The position numbers and the translations under genes are program-made. The notes under the pieces are model-generated. The model did not search any database. It had not been told where the DNA came from and saw nothing but the letters and a program-made list of their open reading frames with translations. Below are positions 14,087 through 27,490 of a stretch of DNA of 64,000 nt, piece by piece. The DNA is taken from positions 3,534,001 through 3,598,000 of the forward strand of contig NC_089433.1 in NCBI RefSeq assembly GCF_026210795.1, read 5' to 3'. Each line of letters starts with the position of its first letter. The stretch's first letter is position 1. Source of the DNA: Rhizophagus irregularis. Its lineage: Eukaryota.

Positions 14087-15850
14087 CATTGCTGAAACCT
14101 GTGATTTTATGACATCGCCTCCACTATAGTATCACGTTGTTATTTTAGTAACGTAACAATGCATTGTACGTTAATACGAAATTGCAATACATCTACAATA
14201 CTGTGATTGCGTTGTTTGATACATTGTGACAATATCATAAATATGGCTTTTTTTATATTAAAATTTTTTAAGTATTATTTTTTCATTTTCATAATATTGA
14301 TGTTGAAAATGCGACTACAATGCTTATAATTGCATAGTAACGATGATGATGCTATATTATACTGAAATAATCAATTGTTTTATGCGCAGATATTTATACT
14401 TAAGTATCTCATGTAAGACAAAAAAACATAATAATAATTTCTTAAATATTTCTGAATGCCATGTATTTTTTTTATTATTTTATATTCCCCCTATAGGCAC
14501 TAATGGATATACATATCAAAAATCAAATTTATTTTATGACAAGCAGGAAAAAAAAATCAAATTTTATTTTTATTTTTACTTAAGAAAGGTAGATACATTT
14601 GTGAGATACGAAGATACATTGAAATTTTACAAAAAAGTCATATGCACTATTGATCTAAAACTAAATGTACAAAATCCAACCGGCGGACCCACCTTCGAAA
14701 AAAAAATCAAATTTCGGGGCTTATTTATATGAAATTATGTATCACGTGATTAACGTGCAGATCAGCCCCCTTTTTTTAAAACTTTTTTCTTTCTCACTTT
14801 CCCTTCCCCGTCTTTTTCTCTTCCTCTTGTTTCATTCTCTCTAATAAAAATCTCTAGCGGAACGTTTAGCAACATTTTGAAATTTTCCTTATTGGACAAA
14901 AATCATTACATTATGCAATGAAAATTAAGAGTTCATAACGATTTTTTTTTTAAAAAAAAAAATAAGTATATTATAACTTAAATGACAAAATAACTTCGGT
15001 AAAAAAAATGGATGGAGAAAAATCTAGAGAATGAGTATATTCATTATTTTAAATATGATGAATTTAAAATCGATGAAGAAGAAATTGGTAGAGGAAGGGA
15101 TATCAGAATTCCGGAAAGATTTTTTCTTTTTTTTCATCTTTATTTTTTTAATGAACGGTTCTAATGGTTCATTTTTTTTCTTTCTTTAGATGGTTCTTTC
15201 AAGTTACTTTGGGAGACATTTTGGTAAAGTTTTTTATTTATTTCTTCCATCTTTTAACAAACGGTTCCTAATAGTTCGTTTCTTTCTCTTTTTAGGCGGT
15301 TCTTTTGTATTTCTTGTGGTAAATTAAATTTTTTTTTTCTTTCTTTGTTTTTAGACAGGTCAGGCCTTTGGATGTGTGATATTTTTGACGGTTAGATTTT
15401 TCCTTTTTAAGTTCTTTCAAATTAAATTTTTTTCATTTTTATTTAACGAAACGTTTAACTAACATTCATCTTTTTCTTTTTTAAACAGTCATGTTCTTTT
15501 CTTTTTTTAGGTTCCACGTTTCAATACTTCTCTTTCAGATGTCCGAACCTTTTGATATGTAAGACTTCAGTGGGAACTATTTTTGACAGGAATTGTATTA
15601 CTAATAATGAATAATTTAATAGTTAGCTAGCGTAATATGTAATATATAACATACGTTGTAAAAATAAATTACTACGTTTTGACTATATGTTTACAATAGT
15701 AAATAGGTATAGTGAAATCGTTTTTACGGTAAATTAAAAAAGCGTAGTGGCGATACATTTTCTCACTTTTGCGTCAATAACGACAACGGATGAATCACGT
15801 GATTTTGGCGCAGTGTCAACGTTGTTTAAAAATATGAAGTTTCTGCAATG
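14087..15850. mobile_element. Non-autonomous TIR DNA transposon (CA..TG ends, 2-bp TSD; CMC/CACTA-like), 1764 bp
   Basis: Left end cattgctgaaacct versus reverse complement of right end cattgcagaaactt. Flanks are taatTT|..|TTatga, and the paralogous empty site taatttatga sits at ~20052. Confidence 0.8.
14982..15095 (+). pseudogene. 5' fragment of a different kinase family inside the TIR element
   Basis: Frameshifted ATG followed by WMEKNLENEYIHYFKYDEFKIDEEEIGRG, which stops inside the Gly-rich loop. Resembles the N-terminus of Glomeromycota TKL kinases (from memory). Confidence 0.6.
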
Positions 15851-16811
15851 TTATGATAAGGCAAGAAAATAACATTTTAGATTCTCGTAACTTGCATGCG
15901 TTAATTTTCCAAAATGAAAATTATAAATTGTTTGATGGTAATTTATATAAAAAATACGAATTCGCCGCTTTACAATATCATGCAAAATGATCCTCAAAGT
16001 GAAACTATTACTCGCTAGGACATATCTGGACTTTAATTAATAGAACGCAAATATATTTTTTTTTTTGCATGTTATTTAGGAAGCAAACCGAGGTCTTATG
16101 TTTGTAATATATTGGGAATTTGGGATAAATTACGTAATAATCGCACATATGATTAAATTGTTAAGTATTAACAAATAATGAAATTACTACGCAAAAATAA
16201 GTAAAATATTTTTAATTCACAAAAGGACGGCAAAAAAAAATTCTTTTTGTTATTTGGGTTAGTTTGAAAATAGACCTATTAATTTTGCGTATTCCTTTGT
16301 TTAATAATAACTTGCGTGATTTTATAAATTTACTATATTTAGTATAATTTACTACAGCGAAGCTTTAGAATAATCTGTACACTTTAGTTTGTCGTACAAA
16401 TTTTTCTTAACCGTTATAGGAAAAAAAAAAAATATATATTGACCATTTTTATTTAAATAATGGTTTCGCTTTTTTTATGTTTCCTTTCTCGTTAATTTGT
16501 GCTCCACTTTTATTTTCACCATTTTCTTCTGTGAAATAATTACACCAAATAGCCTACATGCATCTTGACTAAATAGGTATAAATAATAAAGTTGATTAAT
16601 TAATTGCATTATCGTTATGTCGATAAATACTAAATTTAATTGTGACTTTTCCATAATACCATGGTAAATTCTTAAAATTCCATGTGGAAATCTAGAAATA
16701 CTTTCCGTATCATCAAAAGAATGTTCTTTTTAAAACTTCTGATAATGTATAATTCAGATATAAATACAGTACAGTTAAATTTCCATAACATATAGTAATT
16801 ATCATAATAAA

Positions 16812-19512
16812 ATGGAACTTGTAAATACGAATAATGAAAGTTCATTTGACCCAACACCAAGATTAAAATCTAGTCCTATACCGATTAAATTTATTTCTTT
16901 TAATGAGAATGATGAAAATTGTGTTTATTGTGGAGAAAAATATATTAAGGCGCTTTTTTGCTGGCAAAAATATTGCAAAAAATGTCTATCACGTTATATT
17001 AATGACATGAGTCAATTGAATCATGTAACTGATTATAATATATACTTGGACGTATATATTTACACAATGGACTTGGAATGTAGTGAACATGAAATAAGTA
17101 GGACAAAAGTACCACAAAATATTCAAGAATGCTGCGGAAATTGCTTGAGAATTTTATGCTTTAAACAAGTAAATGGTTATAATATTATTAATTATGATCC
17201 TGGTAACAACAATGAATACAATAAAGTAATTGAAAGTGAAAAAGATTGTAAATTATGTGGAAAATCATTATATCAAGGAACAGATGAAGATATTAAAGAA
17301 CAATTTAAATTATGCTCAGATTGTTATATAATTTCTTCCGAATGTATAGAATCAACTTTGGTTAAAAAGAAAATTTCAATTGTTTACTTACCATGGTGGC
17401 ATAATAATTCAACTTGTGACATATGTAATTCAAAGTTAACATTTACATCAGATTGTCAAAAGTACTGTATACATTGCTATCTATTTTATATTGGATGCAG
17501 ATATTGTTTAACAACCAATATTTTTTTTGGACCTGCATGTCAATCTCAATGTAAAAAATGCAAAAAAATATCATCTATAAATATTGATTCTAACATTGAT
17601 GGTTTCGCTTTTAATAATATTATATATGATAATTTAAATAAATTAAATCCAGAAAAAACTTTAAAAAATATTGATAAATATTTTAGACCAGTTAACATAA
17701 TAGCCTCTATCTTTAAAAAAGTCCTTAGTATAAAAACAATTAAGTGGATACCATATTCTCAATTTACAGATGTAAAAGAAATAACAAAAGGGGGATATGG
17801 TATTATATATAAAGCAACTTGGTTAAGTAAAAATGAAAATGTCATTTTAAAGAGATTTGAAAATTCCAAAAACGATGACAAATATTTTTTAAATGAAGTA
17901 AATATTTTAATTTAATAATTTCTTATTAAATAAGTTTAATCCTTAACTTTATTTATTCTCTAATTTATAGTTAAAATCGATACAGCATTGTTTCTTAAGA
18001 TATACTTGTCATATTATTGAAACTTATGGTTTTACAAAAGATCCTAAATTAGAGGATTATATAATAGTCATGAAATATGCATCAGATGGTGATTTACACA
18101 AGCATTTACAAAAGAATTTTACAAATATTACATGGAATAGTCAAAAACAACTTATTTTATGGCAAATTTCAGAAGGGTATTTATATTTAAATTTATTAAT
18201 TATATTCTTTAAATTTAGGTTATTGATTTTTTTTCTATTTTAGACTTGAAACTATACATAAAAAGAAATTTATGCATCGAGACTTCCATAGTGGAAACGT
18301 ATTGTTTGACTCACATAACAGTAATTACGATAAAAATTATCAATGGAAAATTGGAGATCTAGGTTTATCACAAGCCGTAAATAATAAATCATCAAATAAT
18401 GAAATATACGGAGTAGTACCTTATATTGCACCAGAAATCTTTAGAGGATCTGGATTTACTAAGGAAGCTGATATTTATAGTTTGGGTATGATTATGTGGG
18501 AATTTACAACAGGTTGCAAACCTTTTGATAATGTTAAACATGATCATAAACTTATTTATAAAATTCTTGATGGAGAAAGACCTAAAATTACAGAAGATAC
18601 ACCAGAATGTTATGCTAATTTAATGAAAAGTTGTTGGGACCCTGATCCCAAAAAAAGACCTTCTATAAAAGAAATTCGTTTAACCTTTGGTGGTTGGGCA
18701 TTTAGAAAAAAAAATGAAGCAGAATTTATTCAAGCTGAAGCAAAAAGAAAGAAACTGATAGAATCAAAGAAGATTGGACCTGAATTTGCTGAAAAACGAC
18801 ATCCAGAAGCCATTTATACGAGTAGGCCATTAAGTGCTTTAATTTCTAAATGTTCATCCATCAATTCATCTTCAACAATTTCATCTGGTAATAGGCAAGG
18901 TATTACTAAAAAAGGTTAAATTGTGATTTATATATCATATGATTTACGTTATACGTTATATTCTTTAGATTCTAAATATATCTCAGCAGAATGGGAACTT
19001 GATATAGATACTAAAAGGTATTTAAAAATAACAATAAAAAAATGATTTTAAAGACAAAATTAAATTATTTTAATTTATTAATTTTTTACTTAGTTTATCG
19101 TCACAAAATTTAAATTCTACGATTCAAAATTATTCAACCACTTCGGGTTCTAATTATATCTTGGCAGAATTGGAGTTTGATATAGATACTAAAAGGTATT
19201 TTAATAATATAACAATAAAAAAAAAAATGGTTTAAATGACCCAACTAATTACTTAAATTTTTATTTAGTTTATCAACACAGAATTTAAGTTCTATAGGTC
19301 AAAATTTTTCAACCTCTTCAAAAAGGAATAGAAATGAAGTATTTTTGAATATCGAAACTCATGACAATAGTGGTAAGTAAATATTTATCTGGTTCGATGT
19401 TATTTTATATTATTTATCTTTTGTTTTAACGTTTACGTTAACGTTTATTTTAATCAAATTTAAAAATATTAAAGTAGGAAAACGTATTAAAACTAGTTCC
19501 AATTATCCATAA
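16812..19512 (+). CDS. Tyrosine-kinase-like protein kinase with Cys-rich N-terminus, copy 2, 7 exons
   Basis: Paralog of 10695-13604 with the same intron positions and intact catalytic motifs (HRDFHSGN, DLG, APE). Has one fewer C-terminal repeat exon; stop TAA at 19510-19512. Confidence 0.9.
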
Positions 19513-21154
19513 AATAATAGAAGTTAAAATATTTCATTATTCTGCAGATACGGAGCATATAGAAATTTCAATAATTTTTTATCGGATTTTTTCAAAGAAA
19601 TTTGTCCTTTAAGGGAAAAATCCAATCTTTTTTTTCATTTATATAGAGTTTGCAATTAGATAACGTTATTAACGCGTTTATGACAATTGCCTATTTTCAT
19701 ATTAAACGTGTTTCTTTAGGCTGTATACTACTACGTTTATATTATGATTACAAAATTATGAAGCTGAAGCGAAAGATTAGTTAGAATTTTAGACCCGGTG
19801 ACACAAGATGCCCCGTTTCACAGTTTGATTGGTTCCTGATCTTGCTTATCCATTCCGTTATAGACACTATACATTTATGGATCACATGAATTATTTATCA
19901 CGTGGTTATCGCACAACGTTTCCTAGTTTTAGTATTTTTATTTTACCTTAGCTAATGATAATATTATTTTTGGTGATATTTTTTATTTTTATTTTTTCAT
20001 AATTATTTTATAATAAAGAATTTTTTTTTTAATTGTATTTTTTTTTAATGATAATTTATGATAAAGCAAGAAAATCAAATTTTTAGATTCTCGTAACTTG
20101 CATGCGTTAATTTTCCAAAAATGAAAAAACTTTATATAAATATGACTAGAAAATTTATATTTTATTATAACTAGAAATTAATATTAAAAAAGCCACATTT
20201 TTGGATAAAATCAAAAAATGCCTAGCTCAATATATATAAATAAACGTAATCCGTCATGATGCATTAATCATTAATGCACCAAATTTAGGTTAAGGTGATA
20301 AAGAAAAAATATATGTCATTAGCCGATTAACACTGAAACGCGTTAGGCTGATCATCACCTTTTAATTCGGAAATAATCGGGACATGATTGGTCATTGCTA
20401 TTTTCTATTTTCTATTTTTTTATTTTTAGGAATGAAATTATTTAAATAATAAACTTTATATCAAAATAAAAGATTGTTTCTGAAAATAAACTAAAAACCA
20501 GTATTCATCATATCGATATATTATCCTAAAAGCGTAAATTGGGCGTATTAGAATTAAATTAAATTTAGAATGTCGCAATCAACTCATGAGTTACACAAAT
20601 GAGTTACACAAATGAGTTCTTTTTGAGTTTACCTGGATAGATTGGAAAATTCATTCGGGTTTCTTCATATTAAAAGTTCTTTTATTCTTTACTTTAATAT
20701 TTTAATTAAGTTTTTATTTTAAAAAAGAATAAATACATAAATTACACTTGAATAATTGTACAAATCGTTAGATAGTTGTATCACGTGATCTCGCTCACAA
20801 GTAATTCATTTAAAAGCCCATTTTTTTTACCGATAAAGTGCTCGGAATTCGTCTCGAGATTTTTATTTCAATTTACTTTTTGTTTTCCTTTTTTCCCCTT
20901 GCATCCAAAGAATTATAATAATAATAATAATAATAAATCGTAAACTTTTTTTTCGTTCACAAAAAAAATCGGAATTTTATAAAAAAAAAATATAATATAT
21001 ATAACTACGATCAAAAACAACGACAAAAAAAAAAAAAAAAAAAAAAAGTTTTATTAAATTTTCTCGATATTCGAACATTATTTTTTTTTAACGTTATTTT
21101 TATATAAAAAATTATTAGTCTGACGGTTATAATAATTCGCTACGATCATCAATA

Positions 21155-22033
21155 ATGTATAAGAAAGCTCCATTAATAGCGTTTATTCTACTATTTCTTA
21201 TAATAATAGATATAACAAATTCACTTCCTGAATTAACTTATCAGGAAACAGAACCAAACTTGTTAGCACTTTATGGTGATTCATTTACTGATGGTAGTCT
21301 AATCCTCCGTTTTGTTAAACAATCTCAATTAGATAATTGTTATGAACCAACATTATATTTAAGATTAGTAAAACCTGACGGTAATGTAAAAAAGTTAGAA
21401 CTTAATGACATACCTCAAAATAATTTTTGTAGAATTATTTCATTAGCTGGTACTCCATTTCATAAAAACGAACGTCATAATAAATTATACAACAACAATG
21501 ATGATAATAAATATGGTGGAAACGACAATGGAGAAAACGATAATAATGGAGGAAACGACAATGTTGGAGGGAAAATTGATGATTCTAATAACGGAGTAAA
21601 TAATAATCGTAGGGACAATAACAACAATAATGGTAATGGGAGTCCCAATAATGGAAGACCAGCTGCGCCTGCACCAGCAATACCTCCAACAAATAATTTG
21701 TTAGATAATATCACTGTACTTGCATTATCAAAAAAATACGTTCTTCTTACATATTTTTGTAATTTACCTACGTCAAATGAATTATGTGGCAGAATTATAG
21801 ATTTTAACGGTGTAACAAAAAGGTAAGTGACGCTTATTAAAAGCTTATTTCATTACTTTTTTAACTAACCATTTATTTATTCTCGTAGCATGATAACGTT
21901 TAATGATTTTAATGGTTCATGTACAAATCTTAAAATTACTAAGAGTTCTTACGATGATGGTGGATTTTTATATACCTGTTATAAACAAGAAACTAAATCG
22001 ATAGAATGGATAACTTACTCAGCACCGTAAGTC

Positions 22034-22065
<32 letters not shown>

Positions 22066-24970
22066 CAGAAAATATAAAATATATGACACGAAATAATTTT
22101 ACGCTTTCTAAATAATTTAGAAATATTATCGATGATTCGATAACAGAAAAATATAGCGGAGAGATAGGAAATATTACGAGATATGACTTGACAAATATAT
22201 TTTCGACAGAAGATAGAGGATATTCAATTGTAACAGGATATTTCGATAATATAGATAATGTACAAAATACATTACCACAATGGGTAGTAACGGCAAATTT
22301 TATTACAAATGATGGACAAACTAAAGGATCTTATTTAATTTACTCTCAAGAAGTGGGTACGATAAAAACGCTAAGTATACCAAGATGTAATATTGCGTAT
22401 CAATTGTATGGATATAGTTGTGTATTATATATCGAAACTAACGAAAGAACGTTTATAAATGTTGATTTCACATCAAAAGGGGCTGTATTGAATTCACAAA
22501 TGTTTAGTGTGAGCCAATTGAACGATGTTAATACTCAATTATATGATATTAGAAATCTTTATAAGGGTGGGGAAGTTTTCATTATTACTACATCAGATAA
22601 TAATATATCTGGATTTGCGTATAGTAATGATGGAATGTACAATAGTACTTGGGCTTTACCCAATAATTATACTTATACTAGAAAAATTTATGGAATAAAT
22701 ACTGATAATACTGTTTGGGCTATTGCTGATAAGAGTAACAACGCCATTGCTACGAACCAATGGACTATTGTATATTCAACTGCTTTAACGACATACTCAA
22801 CAGGTAAAGGAAATATATGTTATTATAATAAAAAAAAAATTTTATTTAATAAAAAAACATTTTTTTTAGTTCTAGGTGATGCAGGATATAGTTCATCGTC
22901 AATATTATCGATAATACCGGGAAAAAATGCAGTAACAACACCGGATCTTAATCAAATTACAATAACATATGTAATGAACAGCATTGAACCTTCAACAGGT
23001 TATATTACAATTAGTCAAAAGAATGCAAATGAAGGTGATGATCTTATTAGAATCAAAATACCCGCAAAATCACCTCCAATTGGAACTGTAAATAATGTTA
23101 TAATACACGGATCTGTAGTGAAAGTTACATTAGAAGATGGTATTTTTGATAGAGAAAATGCTACGTATATTATTAAAATTGACGATGATTTTGTTCAAGC
23201 TAACGGACAAAATTTAATTGGAGATTCTTGGGAAATTTCGACAGGTAAATTTATGATTTTATTTATTTATTTTATTTTTTATTAAATAAATTTAACTGAT
23301 TTTTTTTTCAAAAAATTTTTTTAGCTTCTGGTTATAGAAAGAATGAACCGGGTAATTTATTTATCTCGCCAAATCACGTGATTTGTACGGCAAATTATCT
23401 CATTTTTTTTTTTTTTTTTTTTTGAAAAGGTGACGCGAGAGCATCTATTCTTTTAACCCCAGACGGAACAAGAAATTATTTAGAAAATAAAAATAGTAGA
23501 AAGACATACGTTGATGATTTGTCTAATGAAATTTCAGATGCGCTTGCAATTGAAAAAGGACGTATTTTTATACCGTATGATAGGTATCAATATATGAAAG
23601 ACGCACGTAAAGTTCAAATATTGTTACGTGTAGATATTAAAGACACGAAATCACCAGATCAACCAAGCTCAACTGCGGTAAGAAACAGTTTAGATAAAGC
23701 CATTATATCCAAAGGTAATTCAGCTATACCAATAGGACCGCGTACAAAGGATTTAGATTCCACTTATGGAGCTCCGGAAACTCGTAAGTTTACTATATAA
23801 TTTTTTTTGGGAGAAGAATCATTTTGCTTTATTACTAATATGTATGTTATTAAATTAGCTCATTTATGGCGTAAATATAAATACATATTAATCGCGGTCG
23901 TAATTGTATTATTTTTACAACTATTATTATCATTCTTTTCGAGAAAGAAATTCTCTGGAGGAAGAAATTTCTTGACTATTGTCTTTTTCCCGCTTATTTT
24001 AGTAGATTTTGTATTAGATACTACTATATTAGCAATTCATGGAAAGGATCTGATGTGGTTCTTTATTTGCGGGTGCATATTTTCCCCTTGATTTTCTTTC
24101 TATAATATTATATTTTAATGTACTAATATACTTCTTTTGTTTTTTTTTCACTTACATTTATTTAATTACAGTTGGATATTTTATTTAGTACCAATTTTAT
24201 TCAATGTCATAATTTTATGGTTACTTATTAATTATCGATTAAATTCATCAGAAACTACTAAAAATTGGTTAAAGAAAAATCCAAATACTGCATTAATATT
24301 TACACTCTTATCATGTATAGATTTAGAAGCGTTAAATGTTGTATCATCAAGATGTGCTGGTTATAACGAATTAAATGCAAGATTTACAGAAAAAGGAAGA
24401 AAAAGTATTTTAATAACTATTATTATTATAACATTAATTGAGGATGTACCACAATTAATAATTTATTTAATATATCAAAGATATACAGTTATAACAACAA
24501 TTTTATCAATATTAGCATTATCATCATCATGTTTAATATTATTATTTAAAATAATTTCATTTATTTATTTAATGTTCATTTATAAACCTCATAAAACTTT
24601 ATCAAGTGCAATAGAAAAAATTGATGATTCAAATAATGATACAGCTAATCTGGAAAGTGGTGAAGGTGATATACTTAAACCTGAAACTACAACTGATCGT
24701 CAAAATGAAGAAGTAACTGTACTTGGAAATATTGGTATATCGAGCGAAACTTATATTGATGATAATGATGACAAAATTTCGGCAACAAAGGAGGAAATTA
24801 CCGAGGGAGAATCATTATCTGGTAATATTCCTGGAAATAAATCTCGCACAAATAAACGAACTACTGAAGAGCAAATCACTGAGGAAGAAACTACTAAAGA
24901 ATGTGAAGAAATTATCACAACTACTACCAGAATTATACAAAAGAAGAAAGTGGTAATAATAAAGAAATAA
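21155..24970 (+). CDS. Large signal-peptide, multi-pass membrane protein (Asn/Gly-rich insert, beta-rich ectodomain with Ig-like segment, several C-terminal TM helices, acidic Thr-rich tail), 8 exons
   Basis: ORF pieces 21155-21822, 21889-22026, 22121-22803, 22870-23244, 23324-23351, 23430-23783, 23859-24072 and 24172-24970 join in frame via GT..AG. N-terminal hydrophobic signal; hydrophobic helices around YILIAVVIVLFL, FFPLILVDFVLD, FYLVPILFNVII, IEDVPQLIIY and ILALSSSCLILL. Confidence 0.8.
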
Positions 24971-25500
24971 ACCTTACTGTAGGATTTCCACATTACAATC
25001 TGAAATCACTACAGATACTATAACAACCGAAAATGGGGATACCACTTTTACCAAGTAAGAAAATTAAAAGGGAATAGGAAATGGGATAGTTTCTCTTCGA
25101 GTAGTAAGTAGTACAATGGACAATAATTTAAATAAATAATGGGAATTTGTAAATGTAAAATAGAAATTAGAAATATTAGTAATAATTTAGCATAATGAGT
25201 TTATTATAATATCATTTATTGTATAGCCATTAGCGTGTTTAAATTATTAGAGTTTTAGTAAATAGATTGTTAAATAGTATATTATTTTAATAATTTGCAT
25301 TTTGCATTGCTGGAACTGCAGATTCTACTGTATATTACTAATAAAATTATGTATAAATATCATCGGATTTTACCAATTAAATATTATTTTTATTTTTTAA
25401 GTTGTGAAAAAAAAATGTTACAAATTTCAAAACCTCTTAAATTATTCCTATAATCTAACGTTAACGTTAAAGTATCTGAAAATTTTGTTAACATTGACGC

Positions 25501-25650
25501 TAAAGCTCCGATTGAGCCAAGCCTTTATGTGGCTTGGCTTGTTTCAAGCTGGAGTCGAGCCGAGCCGAGCTAAATAAAGCTAAACTCGAGCCGAGCCAAG
25601 CTCAAAAATTTTTTTCGAGCCGAGCCGGCTCGAGCGGCTCGGGCTCGAAA
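25501..25650. mobile_element. Single end of a hAT-like element with GAGCC subterminal repeats
   Basis: Starts taaagctc, similar to the tagagctt terminus at 61249, followed by many gagcc/ggctc pentamers in both orientations. No partner end found. Confidence 0.5.
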
Positions 25651-26094
25651 AAATTTTAAAAAATTTCAAGATGCGTTAATTTTAGCTATCTAAGCAGATT
25701 ATCATTAACATTGCTTTATTGAAATAATTCTAATAAACTACAATTTGTAATTTTCATCTATTAAAAGACATTTACCAATTACCAACTTATTTTATTTATT
25801 TATAATTTATTTAAAATGTTTTATTTTATAAATCATTTATTTAATAATTACAGATGGGCAAAATCCTGACCTCTACCAACCTTGAAACACATACATTGAC
25901 GAATAGTTCCACTCTTAAGATTGCAACGGTTTTGCACAACTAAATCAGTTCCTCCATTTTAAAAAAAAATTAAATTTCATCCTGGATCAAAAAATTTCTC
26001 TCGGAATTAGTTTGTACTTCAATAATCTCATAATTATAATTCGACTGGATTAGGATATTTAATCTAAAAAATTTGAATACAAAAACTACGTCTC

Positions 26095-26430
26095 ATATAT
26101 TTCCTGTACAGTCGCTATATGTATATTATTGTCAAGATTTTGTAATGAATATATTGTTATTTAAGAAGCTTCTTAATCTTGTAACGAACACGATGAATTG
26201 ATAGAAATTTACAAAATGTTGCATAATTAAATATTGGAGTTTTGAAGTCCATTTTTATATAAAATTTCTTTAAACTCGTTAGCAATTAAGATACTAAAAT
26301 TCAAATTCTATTTCTCTAAAATATTCTCACTGAAACCTTACCCCAAAGACGTTTAACTAATATGCAAAATTTTTTATCTTCCAAGTATTCAACAATATCT
26401 TTCAAAAAAAATCAGCGGAATTTGGGACAT
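26095..26430 (-). pseudogene. Degenerate F-box protein gene (5' part)
   Basis: Reading across frameshifts gives MSQ.PAD.LKDIVEYLEDKK.LH..LVKRLWGKVSVRIF*RN and later KEILYKNG..KTPIFNYATFCKFLSIH. This matches the F-box N-terminus expanded in Glomeromycota; contains stops and indels. Confidence 0.7.
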
Positions 26431-27149
26431 TATTGTTATGTTATAGGCACAGGAATACATATACTGATATAGTTTAACAATAATAAATTTTAGTTTCGAA
26501 AAAAGATTAATCATCGATCACGTCAAAGTTGATTGGATACATATCACGTGCTTGTAGACCTTTGCCTTAGATTTATTTGTAATTCTTGGATGATTATTTA
26601 ATCAACCTAAAAATAAAAAATAAGAAATTGTAAAACGAAAATTTTTTTTTTTTTATTATAATATTCCATATGATTTATTAAATATATTAACTACAAAATT
26701 TATTTATTAATAAATTTTTAATAAAAAAAAAGGTCAACTCTTACATCAGTTATTACAAATTCCCGTATCTACGCTTGCAAACGCTACGACTGTTAATTAT
26801 CTTCAGTCTTCACCACCCACAACGATAGCATTCTCTCTGCGCTACCTCCTTCAGGGCAAACATAAACTTTAGCAGCAGTAAATAATGCGATTTCATTATA
26901 AGAGATTATTTTTATTTTATAAATAATACATATAATTTCAATTGATTATTTTATCGTGATTTTTTTTACAATGTAAACAATATTATATAATAATAAACAG
27001 TTGAAATGTTAATGAAAATTTTTTAAAACTGTAATTTATTGCAAATACTAAATTTGAAATTTGTTACATATTAAACAAATAACAAAAGTCTAACATACCA
27101 ATCCTTTACTGTAAAGTAAAAAGCGGAATGAATGGAATCTAAAAAATAT

Positions 27150-27490
27150 AAAAAATAGTAAAATGGGTTAGAAGACTCGAGTACTCTAAGTAAGCTTTGC
27201 GGAAAAGACAAATTCAAGCCCCCATGCCTACTATCAACTGACATTAACGTATATCGTGAGTGATCAAACTCGTGCAGAGGTACTGTCACATTGATAATAA
27301 GACATGAGACCCACCACCAAAGGGACGGGCCCCACATACAGAAGTCTGCGACATAGCTTGAGATATACTGATACAGTATTATTTTTCTCATTGAAGGTAA
27401 CCAGACTACTAGAAGAGGAGGATAACCAAAGCACTCTAGGTGCACTAGTCCCTTATACATCCCAGCTTAGCCATTTCCACTTACCAGAAT
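27150..27490 (-). repeat. GC-richer non-coding island, possibly the 3' untranslated end of a non-LTR retroelement
   Basis: Abrupt GC rise, no convincing ORF, and a minus-strand stem-loop at 27304-27335. No poly(A) or TSD seen. Confidence 0.35.

Larger units (their letters stand above)
9769..20128. repeat. Tandem segmental duplication of the kinase unit (copy 1: 9769-14086 plus 15851-15920; copy 2: ~15935-20128)
   Basis: Near-identical upstream regions, introns and 3' flanks. atggtaattt..aaaatacgaattc occurs at 9769 and 15935; ttatgataa.gcaagaaaat..cttgcatgcgttaattttcc occurs at 15851 and ~20056. Confidence 0.9.

Noticed and set aside
20586..20618. 13-bp tandem repeat atgagttacacaa, and scattered atcacgtgat palindromes
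   Set aside because: Short local slippage and a common E-box-like motif; no evidence of specific function.
26760..26890. GC-richer exon-like fragment on the minus strand
   Set aside because: Too short and interrupted by stops to assign.
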